Source: Eledone cirrhosa
Lineage: Eukaryota
DNA: 64,000 nucleotides
Direction of reading: 5' to 3'
Assembly: GCA_964016885.1 (NCBI GenBank)
Contig: OZ024741.1
Span: 4,154,001 to 4,218,000, forward strand
Under the pieces are notes generated by a model. The model worked only from the letters and a program-made list of their open reading frames with translations, had not been told where the DNA came from and searched no databases. The position numbers were made by a program, and so were the translations under genes. Shown one piece after another: positions 39,001 to 52,829 of this stretch; position 1 is the stretch's first letter; each line of letters starts with the position of its first letter.

Positions 39001-39945
39001 TTGGTGTGATGTAGGAACTAGTAACCTACTGTTGGACTATCAGAGATAGTTACTGTTATGTAGTAACTCGTAACCTACTGTAGGACTATCAGAGATAGTT
39101 GGTGTGATGTAAGAACTAGTAACCTACTGTAGGATTATCAGAGATAGTTGGTGTGATGTAGGAACTAGTAACCTACTGTTGGACTATCAGAGATAGTTGG
39201 TGTGATGTAAGAACTAGTAACCTACTGTAGGACTATCAGAGATAGTTACTGTGATGTAAGAACTAATAAACTAGTGTTGGACTATCAGAGATAGTTGGTG
39301 TGATGTAGGAACTAGTAATCTACTGTAGGACTATCAGAGATAGTTGTTGTGATGTATGAACTAGTAACCTACTGTTGGACTATCAGAGATATTTGGTGAT
39401 GTAGGAACTAGTAACCTACTGTAGGACTATCAGGGATAGTTACTGTGATGTAGGAACTAGTAACCTACTGTTGGACTATCAGAGATAGTTAATGTGATGT
39501 AGGAACTAGTAACCTACTGTAGGACTATCAGAGATTGTTGGTGTGATGTAGGAACTAGTAACCTACTGTAGGACTGTCAGAGATAGTTACTGTGATGTAG
39601 GAACTAGTAACCTACTGTTGAACTATCAGAGATGGTTACTGTGATGTAGGAACTAGTAACCTACTATAGGACTATCAGATATAGTTACTGTGATGTAGGA
39701 ACTAGTAACCTACTGTTGGACTATCAGAGATAGTTACTGTGATGTGAGAACTAGTAACCTACTGTAGGCCTATCAGAGATAGTTGGTGTGATGAAGGATC
39801 TAGTAACCTACTATAGGACTATCAGAGATAGTTACTGTGATGTAGGAACTAGTAACCTACTGTAGGACTATTAGAGATAGTTGGTGTGATGTAGAAACTA
39901 GTAACCTTGTGTAAAACTATCAGAGATAGTTACTGTGATGTAAGA
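29680..39945. repeat. ~123-monomer (6,020-bp) higher-order period
   Basis: AAGTAGG 29679/35699, AACCTTGTGT 30261/36281, 30849/36869, 32513/38533, 33883/39903, and CTATAAGAGG 31351/37371 are all offset by 6,020. The same offset links 22241/28261. Confidence 0.9.
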
Positions 39946-40289
39946 ACTAATAAACTAGTGTTGGACTATCAGAGATAGTTGGTGTGATGTAGGAACTAGT
40001 AATCTACTGTAGGACTATCAGAGATAGTTGTTGTGATGTATGAACTAGTAACCTACTGTTGGACTATCAGAGATATTTGGTGATGTAGGAACTAGTAACC
40101 TACTGTCGGACTATCAGAGATAGTTACCGTGATGTAGGAACTAGTAACCTAATGTAGGACTATCAGAGATAGTTACTGTGATCTAAGAACTAGTAACCTA
40201 CTGTAGGACTACCAGAGATAGTTGGTGTGACGTAGGAACTAGTAACCTACTGGTGGACTATCAGAGATAGTTGGTGTGACGTAGGAACA

Positions 40290-43200
40290 AGTAACCTACT
40301 GTAGGCCTATCAGAGTTAGTTACTGTGATGTAGGAACTAGTAACCTACTGTTGGACTATCAGAGGTAGTTGGTGTGATGTAGGAACTAGTAAACTACTGT
40401 AGGACTATCAGAGATAGTTGTTGTGATGTATGAACTAGTAACCTACTGTTGGACTATCAGAGATAGTTACTGTGATGTAGGAACTAGTAACCTACTGTAG
40501 GACTATCAGAGATAGTTGCTGTGATGCAGGAACTAGTAACCTACTGTAGGCCTATCAGAGATAGTTACTGTGATATAGGAACTAGTAACCTACTGTTGGA
40601 CTATCAGAGATAGTTACTGTGATGTAAGAATTAATAACCTACTGTATGACTATCAGAGATAGTTACTGTGATATAGGAACTAGTAACCTAATGTTGGACT
40701 ATCAGAGATAGTTGGTGTGATGTAGGAACTAGTAACCTACTGTAGGACTATGAGAGATAGTTGCTGTGATGCAGGAACTAGTAACCTAATGGAGGATTAT
40801 TAGAGATAGTTACTGTTATGTAAGAACTAGTAACCTACTGTAGGACTATCAGAGATAGTTACTGTGATATAGGAACTAGTAACCTACTGTTGGACTATCA
40901 GAGATAGTTACCGTTGTGTAGGAACTAGTGACCTACTGTTGGACAATCAGAGATAATTACTGTGATGTAGGAACTAGTAACCTACTGTAGGACTATCAGA
41001 GATAGTCACTGTGATGTAGGAACTAGTAACCTACTGTTGGACTATCAGAGATAGTTGGTGTGATGTGGGAACTAGTACCCTAATGTAGGACTATCAGAGA
41101 TAGTTACTGTGATGTAAGAACTAGTAACCTACTGTAGGACTATCAGGGATAGTTACTGTGATGTAGGAACTATTAACCTACTGGTGGACTATCAGAGATA
41201 GTTACTGTGATGTAAGAACTAGTAACCTACTGTAGGACTATCAGAGATAGTTACTGTGATGTAGGAACTAGTAACCTACTGTTGGACTATCAGAGATAGT
41301 TGGTGTGATCTAGGAACTAGTAACCTACTGTAGGACTATTAGAGATAGCTGGTGTGATGTAGGAACTAGTAACCTACTGTAGGACTGTCTGAGATAGTTG
41401 GTGTGATGTAGGAACTAGTAACCTACTGTTGGACTATCAGAGATAGTTGCTGTGATGCAGGAACTAGTGACCTACTGTAGGACTATCAGAGATAGTTGGT
41501 GTGATGTAGGAACTACTAACCTACTGTAGGACTATCAGAGATAGTTTCTGTGATGTTGGAACTAGTAACCTACTGTTGGACTATCAGAGATAGTTGGTGT
41601 GATGTAGGAACTAGTAACCTACTGTAGGACTATCAGAGATAGTTTCTGTGATGTTGGAACTAGTAACCTACTGTAGGATTATCAGAGATAGTTGGTGTGA
41701 TGTAGGAACTAGTAACCTACTGTAGGACTATCAGAGATAGTTACTGTGATGTAGGAACTACTAACCTACTGTAGGACTATCAGAGATAGTTACTGTGATG
41801 TAAGAACTAGTAACCTACTGTAGTACTATCAGAGATAGTTGGTGTGATGTAGGAACTAGAAACCTACTGTACGACTATCGGAGATAGTTACTTTGATGTA
41901 GGAACTAGTAACCTACTGTAGGACTATCAGAGATAGTTACTGTGATGTAGGAACTAGTAACCTACTGTAGGACTATCAGAGATAGTTGGTGGGTTGTAGG
42001 AACTAGTAACCTACTGTTGGACTATCAGAGATAGTTACTGTGATGTAGGAACTAGTAACCTACTGTAGGACTATCAGAGATAGTTGGTGTGATGTAGAAA
42101 CTAGTAACCTACTGTAGGACTATCAGAGATAGTTACTGTGATGTAGGAACTAGTAACCTACTGTTGGACTATCAGAGATAGTTACTGTGATGTAAGAACT
42201 AGTAACCTACTGTAGGACTATCAGAGATAGTTACTGTGATGTAGGAACTAATAACCTACTGTTGGACTATCAGAGATAGTTACTGTGATGTAGGAACTAG
42301 TAACCTACTGTAGGACTATCAGAGATAGTTACTGTGATGTAGGAACTAGTAACCTACTGTAGGACTATCAGAGATAGTTGGTGTGATGAAGGAACTAGTA
42401 ACCTACTGTTGGACAATCAGAGATAGTTGGTGTAATGTAGGAACTAGTAACCTAATGTAGGACTATCAGGGATAGTTACTGTCATCTAAGAACTAGTAAC
42501 CTACTGTAGGACTATCAGAGATAGTTACTGTGATGTAGGAACTAGTAATCTACTGTTGGACTATCAGAGATAGTTGGTGTGACGTAGGAACTAGTAACCT
42601 ACTGTAGGCCTATAAGAGTTAGTTACTGTGATGTAGGAACTAGTAACCTACTGTTGGACCATCAGAGATAGTCACTGTGATGTAGGAACTAGTAACCTAA
42701 TGTAGGACTATCAGAGATAGTTACTGTGATCTAAGAACTAGTAACCTACTGTAGGACTATCAGAGATAGTTGGTGTGACGTAGGAACTAGTAACCTACTG
42801 TTGGACTAACATAGATAGTTGGTGTAACGTAGGAACTAGTAACCTACTGTAGGCCTATCAGAGTTAGTTACTGTGATGTAGGAACTAGTAACCTACTGTA
42901 GGACTATCAGAGATAGTTACTGTGATGTAGGAACTAGTAACCTACTGTAGGCCTATAAGAGTTAGTTACTGTGATGTAGGAACTAGTAACCTACTGTTGG
43001 ACCATCAGAGATAGTTGGTGTGATGTAGGAACTAGTAACCTAATGTAGGACTATCAGAGATAGTTACTGTGATGTAGGAACTAGTAACCTACTGTTGGAC
43101 TATCAGAGATAGTTGGTGTGATGTAGGAACTAGTAACCTACTGTAGGACTGTTAGAGATAGTTGGTGTGATATAGGAACTAGTAACCTACTGTAGGACTA

Positions 43201-46200
43201 TCAGAGATAGTTACTGTGATGTAGGAACTACTAAGCTACTGTAGGACTAGCAGAGATAGTTACTGTGATGTAGGAACTACTAACCTACTGTAGGACTATT
43301 AGAGATAGTTACTGTGATGTAAGAACTAGTAACCTACTGTAGGACTATCAGAGATAGTTGGTGTGATGTAGGAACTAGAAACCTACTGTAGGACTATCAG
43401 AGATAGTTACTGTGATGTAAGAACTAGTAACCTACTGTAGGACTATCAGAGATAGTTACTGTGATGTAGGAACTAGTAACCTACTGTAGGATTATCAGAG
43501 ATAGTTACTGTGATGTAGGAACTAGTAACCTACCGTAGGACTATCAGAGATAGTTACTGTGATGTAGGAACTAATAACCTGCTGTTGGACTATCAGAGAT
43601 AGTTACTGTGATGTAAGAACTAGTAACCTGCTGTAGGACTATCAGAGATAGTTACTGTGATGTAAGAACTAGTCACCTACCGTAGGACTATCAGAGATGG
43701 TTACTGTGATGTAGGAACTAGTAATCTACTGTTGGACTATCAGAGATAGTTGGTGTGACATAGGAACTAGTAACCTACTGTAGGCCTATAAGAGTTAGTT
43801 ACTGTGATGTAGGAACTAGTAACCTACTGTTGGACCATCAGAGATAGTTGGTGTGATGTAGGAACTAGTAACCTAATGTAGGACTATCAGAGATAGTTAC
43901 TGTGATCTAAGAACTAGTAACCTACTGTAGGACTATCAGAGATAGTTGGTGTGACGTAGGAACTAGTAACCTACTGTGGACTATCAGAGATAGTTGGTGT
44001 GACGTAGGAACTAGTAACCTACTGTAGGCCTATCAGAGTTAGTTACTGTGATGTAGGAACTAGTAACCTACTGTTGGACTATCAGAGGTAGTTGCTGTGA
44101 TGTAGGAACTAGTAACCTACTGTAGGACTATCAGAGATAGTTGGTGTGATGTAGGAACTAGTAACCTACTGTAGGACTATCAGAGATATTTACTGTGATG
44201 TAGGAACTAGTAACCTACTGTAGGACTATCAGAGATAGTTACTGTGATGTAGAAACTAGTAACCTACTGTAGGACTATCAGAGATAGTTACTGTGATGTA
44301 GGAACTAGTAACCTACTGTTGGACTATCAGAGATAGTTGGTGTGATGTAGGAACTAGTAACCTACTGTTGGACTATCAGAGATAGTTGGGATGATGTAGG
44401 AACTAGTAACCTACTGTAGGACTATCAGAGATACTTACTGTGATGTAGAAACTAGTAACCTACTGTAGGACTATCAGAGATAGTTACTGTGATGTAGGAA
44501 CTAGTAACCTACTGTAGGACTCTCACAGATAGTTGGTGTGATGTAGGAACTAGTAACCTACTGTAGGACGATCAGAGATAGTTGGTGTGATGTAGGAACT
44601 AGTAACCTACTGTAGGACTATCACAGATAGTTAATGTGATGTAGGAACTAGTAACCTACTGTAGGACTATCAGAGATAGTTGCTGTGATGTAGGAACTAG
44701 TAACCTACTGTAGGACTATCAGAGATAGTTGGTGTGATGTAGGAACTAGTAACCAACTGTAGGACTATTAGAGATAGTTACTGTGATGTAGGAACTAGTA
44801 ACCTACTGTAGGAGTATCAGAGATAGTTGGTGTGATGAAGGAACTAGTAACCCACCTTTGGACTATCAGAGATAGTCACTGTGATGTAGGAGCTACTAAC
44901 CTACTGTAGGACTATCAGAGATAGTTTCTGTGATGTTGGAACTAGTAACCTACTGTTGGACTATCAGAGATAGTTGGTGTGATGTAGGAACTAGTAACCT
45001 ACTGTAGGACTCTCACAGATAGTTGGTGTGATGTAGGAACTAGTAACCTACTGTAGGACTATCAGAGATAGTGGGCGTGATGTAGGAACTAGTAACCTAC
45101 TGTTGGACTATCAGAGATAGTTGGTGTGATGTAGGAACTAGTAACCTACTGTTGGACTATCAGAGATAGTTGGTATGATGTAGGAACTAGTAACCTACTG
45201 TAGGACTATCAGAGATAGTTACTGTGATGTAGAAACTAGTAACCTACTGTAGGACTATCAGAGATAGTTACTGTGATGTAGGAACTAGTAACCTACTGTT
45301 GGACTATCAGAGATAGTTGGTGTGATGTAGGAACTAGTAACCTACTGTTGGACTATCAGAGATAGTTGGTCTGATGTAGGAACTAGTAACCTACTGTACG
45401 ACTATCAGAGATAGTTGGTGTGATGTAGGAACTAGTAACCTACTGTTGGACTATCAGAGATAGTTACTGTGATGTAGTAACTCGTAACCTACTGTAGGAC
45501 TATCAGAGATAGTTGGTGTGATGTAAGAACTAGTAACCTACTGTAGGATTATCAGAGATAGTTGGTGTGATGTAGGAACTAGTAACCTACTGTTGGACTA
45601 TCAGAGATAGTTGGTGTGATGTAAGAACTAGTAACCTACTGTAGGACTATCAGAGATAGTTACTGTGATGTAAGAACTAATAAACTAGTGTTGGACTATC
45701 AGAGATAGTTGGTGTGATGTAGGAACTAGTAATCTACTGTAGGACTATCAGAGATAGTTGTTGTGATGTATGAACTAGTAACCTACTGTTGGACTATCAG
45801 AGATATTTGGTGATGTAGGAACTAGTAACCTACTGTAGGACTATCAGGGATAGTTACTGTGATGTAGGAACTAGTAACCTACTGTTGGACTATCAGAGAT
45901 AGTTAATGTGATGTAGGAACTAGTAACCTACTGTAGGACTATCAGAGATTGTTGGTGTGATGTAGGAACTAGTAACCTACTGTAGGACTGTCAGAGATAG
46001 TTACTGTGATGTAGGAACTAGTAACCTACTGTTGAACTATCAGAGATGGTTACTGTGATGTAGGAACTAGTAACCTACTATAGGACTATCAGATATAGTT
46101 ACTGTGATGTAGGAACTAGTAACCTACTGTTGGACTATCAGAGATAGTTACTGTGATGTAGGAACTAGTAACCTACTGTAGGCCTATCAGAGATAGTTGG

Positions 46201-49200
46201 TGTGATGAAGGATCTAGTAACCTACTATAGGACTATCAGAGATAGTTACTGTGATGTAGGAACTAGTAACCTACTGTAGGACTATTAGAGATAGTTGGTG
46301 TGATGTAGAAACTAGTAACCTTGTGTAAAACTATCAGAGATAGTTACTGTGATGTAAGAACTAGTAACCTACTGTTGGACTATGAGAGATAGTTACTGTG
46401 ATGTAGGAAATAGTAATCTACTGTTGGACTATCAGAGATAGTTACTGTGATGTAGGAACTAGTAACCTACTGTAGGACTATCAGAGATAGTTACTGTGAT
46501 GTAAGAACTAGTAACCTACTGTAGGACTATCAGAGATAGTTACTGTGATGTAGGAACTAGTAACCTACTGTAGGACTATCAGAGATAGTTACTGTGATGT
46601 AGGAACTAGTAACCTACTGTTGTAGTATCAGAGATAGTTGGTGTGATGTAGGAACTAGTAACCTACTGTTGGACTATCAGAGCTAGTTACTGTGATGTAG
46701 TAACTCGTAACCTACTGTAGGACTATCAGAGATAGTTGGTCTGATGTAGGAACTAGTAACCTACTGTACGACTATCAGAGATAGTTGGTGTGATGTAGGA
46801 ACTAGTAACCTACTGTTGGACTATCAGAGATAGTTACTGTGATGTAGTAACTCGTAACCTACTGTAGGACTATCAGAGATAGTTGGTGTGATGTAAGAAC
46901 TAGTAACCTACTGTAGGATTATCAGAGATAGTTAGTGTGATGTAGGAACTAGTAACCTACTGTTGGACTATCAGAGATAGTTGGTGTGATGTAAGAACTA
47001 GTAACCTACTGTAGGACTATCAGAGATAGTTACTGTGATGTATGAACTAGTAACCTACTGTTGGACTATCAGAGATATTTGGTGATGTAGGAACTAGTAA
47101 CCTACTGTCGGACTATCAGAGATAGTTACCGTGATGTAGGAACTAGTAACCAAATGTAGGATTATCAGAGATAGTTACTGTGATCTAAGAACTAGTAACC
47201 TACTGTAGGCCTATCAGAGTTAGTTACTGTGATGTAGGAACTAGTAACCTACTGTTGGACTATCAGAGGTAGTTGGTGTGATGTAGGAACTAGTAAACTA
47301 CTGTAGGACTATCAGAGATAGTTGTTGTGATGTATGAACTAGTAACCTACTGTTGGACTATCAGAGATAGTTACTGTCATGTAGGAACTAGTAACCTACT
47401 GTAGGACTATCAGAGATAGTTGCTGTGATGCAGGAACTAGTAACCTACTGTAGGCCTATCAGAGATAGTTACTGTGATATAGGAACTAGTAACCTACTGT
47501 TGGACTATCAGAGATAGTTACTGTGATGTAAGAACTAATAACCTACTGTATGACTATCAGAGATAGTTACTGTGATATAGGAACTAGTAACCTAATGTTG
47601 GACTATCAGAGATAGTTGGTGTGATGTAGGAACTAGTAACCTACTGTAGGACTATGAGAGATAGTTGCTGTGATGCAGGAACTAGTAACCTAATGGAGGA
47701 TTATTAGAGATAGTTACTGTTATGTAAGAACTAGTAACCTACTGTAGGACTATCAGAGATAGTTACTGTGATATAGGAACTAGTAACCTACTGTTGGACT
47801 ATCAGAGATAGTTACCGTTGTGTAGGAACTAGTGACCTACTGTTGGACAATCAGAGATAATTACTGTGATGTAGGAACTAGTAACCTACTGTTGGACTAT
47901 CAGAGATAGTTGGTGTGATGTGGGAACTAGTAACCTAATGTAGGACTATCAGAGATAGTTACTATGATGTTAGAACTAGTAACCTACTGTAGGACTATCA
48001 GGGATAGTTACTGTGATGTAGGAACTATTAACCTACTGTTGGACTATCAGAGATAGTTACTGTGATGTAAGAACTAGTAACCTACTGTAGGACTATCAGA
48101 GATAGTTACTGTGATGTAGGAACTAGTAACCTACTGTTGGACTATTAGAGATAGTTGGTGTGATCTAGGAACTAGTAACCTACTGTAGGACTATTAGAGA
48201 TAGCTGGTGTGATGTAGGAACTAGTAACCTACTGTAGGACTGTCTGAGATAGTTGGTGTGATGTAGGAACTAGTAACCTACTGTTGGACTATCAGAGATA
48301 GTTGCTGTGATGCAGGAACTAGTGACCTACTGTAGGACTATCAGAGATAGTTGGTGTGATGTAGGAACTACTAACCTACTGTAGGACTATCAGAGATAGT
48401 TTCTGTGATGTTGGAACTAGTAACCTACTGTTGGACTATCAGAGATAGTTGGTGTGATGTAGGAACTAGTAACCTACTGTAGGACTATCAGAGATAGTTT
48501 CTGTGATGTTGGAACTAGTAACCTACTGTAGGATTATCAGAGATAGTTGGTGTGATGTAGGAACTAGTAACCTACTGTAGGACTATCAGAGATAGTTACT
48601 GTGATGTAGGAACTACTAACCTACTGTAGGACTATCAGAGATAGTTACTGTGATGTAAGAACTAGTAACCTACTGTAGGACTATCAGAGATAGTTGGTGT
48701 GATGTAGGAACTAGAAACCTACTGTACGACTATCGGAGATAGTTACTTTGATGTAGGAACTAGTAACCTACTGTAGGACTATCAGAGATAGTTACTGTGA
48801 TGTAGGAACTAGTAACCTACTGTAGGACTATCAGAGATAGTTGGTGGGTTGTAGGAACTAGTAACCTACTGTTGGACTATCAGAGATAGTTACTGTGATG
48901 TAGGAACTAGTAACCTACTGTAGGACTATCAGAGATAGTTGGTGTGATGTAGAAACTAGTAACCTACTGTAGGACTATCAGAGATAGTTACTGTGATGTA
49001 GGAACTAGTAACCTACTGTTGGACTATCAGAGATAGTTACTGTGATGTAAGAACTAGTAACCTACTGTAGGACTATCAGAGATAGTTACTGTGATGTAGG
49101 AACTAATAACCTACTGTTGGACTATCAGAGATAGTTACTGTGATGTAGGAACTAGTAACCTACTGTAGGACTATCAGAGATAGTTACTGTGATGTAGGAA

Positions 49201-50800
49201 CTAGTAACCTACTGTAGGACTATCAGAGATAGTTGGTGTGATGAAGGAACTAGTAACCTACTGTTGGACAATCAGAGATAGTTGGTGTAATGTAGGAACT
49301 AGTAACCTAATGTAGGACTATCAGAGATAGTTACTGTGATCTAAGAACTAGTAACCTACTGTAGGACTATCAGAGATAGTTACTGTGATGTAGGAACTAG
49401 TAATCTACTGTTGGACTATCAGAGATAGTTGGTGTGACGTAGGAACTAGTAACCTACTGTAGGCCTATAAGAGTTAGTTACTGTGATGTAGGAACTAGTA
49501 ACCTACTGTTGGACCATCAGAGATAGTTGGTGTGATGTAGGAACTAGTAACCTAATGTAGGACTATCAGAGATAGTTACTGTGATCTAAGAACTAGTAAC
49601 CTACTGTAGGACTATCAGAGATAGTTGGTGTGACGTAGGAACTAGTAACCTACTGTTGGACTAACATAGATAGTTGGTGTGACGTAGGAACTAGTAACCT
49701 ACTGTTGGACTATCAGAGATAGTTGGTGTGATGTAGGAACTAGTAACCTACTGTAGGACTGTTAGAGATAATTGGTGTGATATAGGAACTAGTAACCTAC
49801 TGTAGGACTATCAGAGATAGTTACTGTGATGTAGGAACTACTAACCTACTGTAGGACTAGCAGAGATAGTTACTGTGATGTAGGAACTACTAACCTACTG
49901 TAGGACTATTAGAGATAGTTACTGTGATGTAAGAACTAGTAACCTACTGTAGGACTATCAGAGATAGTTGGTGTGATGTAGGAACTAGAAACCTACTGTA
50001 GGACTATCAGAGATAGTTACTGTGATGTAAGAACTAGTAACCTACTGTAGGACTATCAGAGATAGTTACTGTGATGTAGGAACTAGTAACCTACTGTAGG
50101 ACTATCAGAGATAGTTACTGTGATGTAGGAACTAGTAACCTACCGTAGGACTATCAGAGATAGTTACTGTGATGTAGGAACTAATAACCTGCTGTTGGAC
50201 TATCAGAGATAGTTACTGTGATGTAAGAACTAGTAACCTGCTGTAGGACTATCAGAGATAGTTACTGTGATGTAAGAACTAGTCACCTACCGTAGGACTA
50301 TCAGAGATGGTTACTGTGATGTAGGAACTAGTAATCTACTGTTGGACTATCAGAGATAGTTGGTGTGACATAGGAACTAGTAACCTACTGTAGGCCTATA
50401 AGAGTTAGTTACTGTGATGTAGGAACTAGTAACCTACTGTTGGACCATCAGAGATAGTTGGTGTGATGTAGGAACTAGTAACCTAATGTAGGACTATCAG
50501 AGATAGTTACTGTGATCTAAGAACTAGTAACCTACTGTAGGACTATCAGAGATAGTTGGTGTGACGTAGGAACTAGTAACCTACTGTGGACTATCAGAGA
50601 TAGTTGGTGTGACGTAGGAACTAGTAACCTACTGTAGGCCTATCAGAGTTAGTTACTGTGATGTAGGAACTAGTAACCTACTGTTGGACTATCAGAGGTA
50701 GTTGGTGTGATGTAGGAACTAGTAACCTACTGTAGGACTATCAGAGATAGTTGGTGTGATGTAGGAACTAGTAACCTACTGTAGGACTATCAGAGATAGT
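40290..50800. repeat. Dispersed duplication of a ~3.6-3.9-kb block (~40290-44180 and ~47190-50800) with whole-monomer indels
   Basis: GGAGGATT 40791/47695 (offset 6,904), GGGTTGTAGG 41991/48846 and TTGGACTAACATAG 42801/49656 (6,855), TGGTGTGACA 43751/50361 and CTACTGTGGA 43971/50581 (6,610). The offsets step by 49 and 245. Confidence 0.9.
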
Positions 50801-52829
50801 TACTGTGATGTAGGAACTAGTAACCTACTGTAGGACTATCAGAGATAGTTACTGTGATGTAGGAACTAGTAACCTACTGTTGGACTATCAGAGATAGTTG
50901 GTGTGATGTAGGAACTAGTAACCTACTGTAGGACTGTTAGAGATAGTTACTGTGATGTAGGAACTACTAACCTGCTGTAGGACTATCAGAGATATTTACT
51001 GTGATGTAGGAACTAGTAACCTACTATAGGACTATCAGAGATAGTTACTGTGATGTAGGAACTAGTAACCTACTGTAGGACTATCAGAGATAGTTACTGT
51101 GATGTGAGAACTAGTAACCTACTGTAGGACTATCAGAGATAGTTGGTGTGATGTAGGAACTAGAAACCTACAGTAGGACTATCGGAGATAGTTACTTTGA
51201 TGTAGGAACTAGTAACCTACTGTAGGACTATCAGAGATAGTTACTGTGATGTAGGAACTAGTAACCTACTGTAGGACTATCAGAGATAATTACTGTGATG
51301 TAGGAACTAGTAACCTACTGTAGGACTATCAGAGATAGTTGGTATGATGTAGGAACTAGTAACCTACTGTAGGACTATCAGAGATAGTTACTGTGATGTA
51401 GGAACTAGTAACCTACTGTAGGACTATCACAGATAGTTACTGTGATGTAAGAACTAGTAACCTACTGTAGGACTATCAGAGATAGTTGGTGTGATGTAGG
51501 AACTAGTAACCTACTGTAGGACTATCAGAGATAGTTGGTGTGATGTAGGAACTAGTAACCTACTGTAGGACTATCAGAGATAGTTACTGTGATGTAGGAA
51601 CTAGTAACCTACTGTTTGACTATCAGAGATAGTTGGTGTGATGAAGGAACTAGTAACCTACTGTTGGACAATCAGAGATAGTTGGTGTGATGTAGGAACT
51701 AGTAACCTACTGTAGGACTGTCAGAGATAGTTGGTGTGATGTAGGAAGTAGTAACCTATTGTGGGACTATCAGAGATAGTTGGTGTGATGTAGGAACTAG
51801 TAACCTACTGTAGGACTATCAGAGATAGTTACTGTGATGTAGGAACTAGTAACCTACTGTAGGACTATCAGAGATAGTTACTGTGATGTAGGAACTAGTA
51901 ACCTACTGTTGGACTATCAGAGATAGTTGGTGTGATGAAGGAACTAGTAACCTACTGTAGGACTGTCAGAGATAGTTGGTGAGATGTAGGAACTAGTAAC
52001 CTACTGTTGTAGTATCAGAGATAGTTACTGTGATGTAGGAACTAGTAACCTACTGTAGGACTATCAGAGATAGTTGGTGTGATGTAGGAACTAGTAACCA
52101 ACTGTAGGACTATCAGAGATAGTTATTGTGATGTAGGAACTAGTAACCTACTGTAGGAGTATCAGAGATAGTTGGTGTGATGAAGGAACTAGTAACCCAC
52201 CTTTGGACTATCAGAGATAGTCACTGTGATGTAGGAGCTACTAACCTACTGTAGGACTATCAGAGATAGTTTCTGTGATGTTGGAACTAGTAACCTACTG
52301 TAGGACTATCAGAGATAGTTGGTGTGATGTAGGAACTAGTAACCTACTGTAGGACTATCAGAGATAGTTACTGTGATGTAGGAACTAGTAACCTACTGTA
52401 GGACTATCAGAGATAGTTACTGTGATGTAGGAACTAGTAACCTACTGTTGGACTATCAGAGATAGTTGGTGTGATGTAGGAACTAGTAACCTACTGTAGG
52501 ACTCTCACAGATAGTTGGTGTGATGTAGGAACTAGTAACCTACTGTAGGACTATCAGAGATAGTGGGCGTGATGTAGGAACTAGTAACCTACTGTTGGAC
52601 TATCAGAGATAGTTGGTGTGATGTAGGAACTAGTAACCTACTGTTGGACTATCAGAGATAGTTGGTATGATGTAGGAACTAGTAACCTACTGTAGGACTA
52701 TCAGAGATAGTTACTGTGATGTAGAAACTAGTAACCTACTGTAGGACTATCAGAGATAGTTACTGTGATGTAGGAACTCGTAACCTACTGTTGGACTATC
52801 AGAGATAGTTACTGTGATGTAGGAACTAG

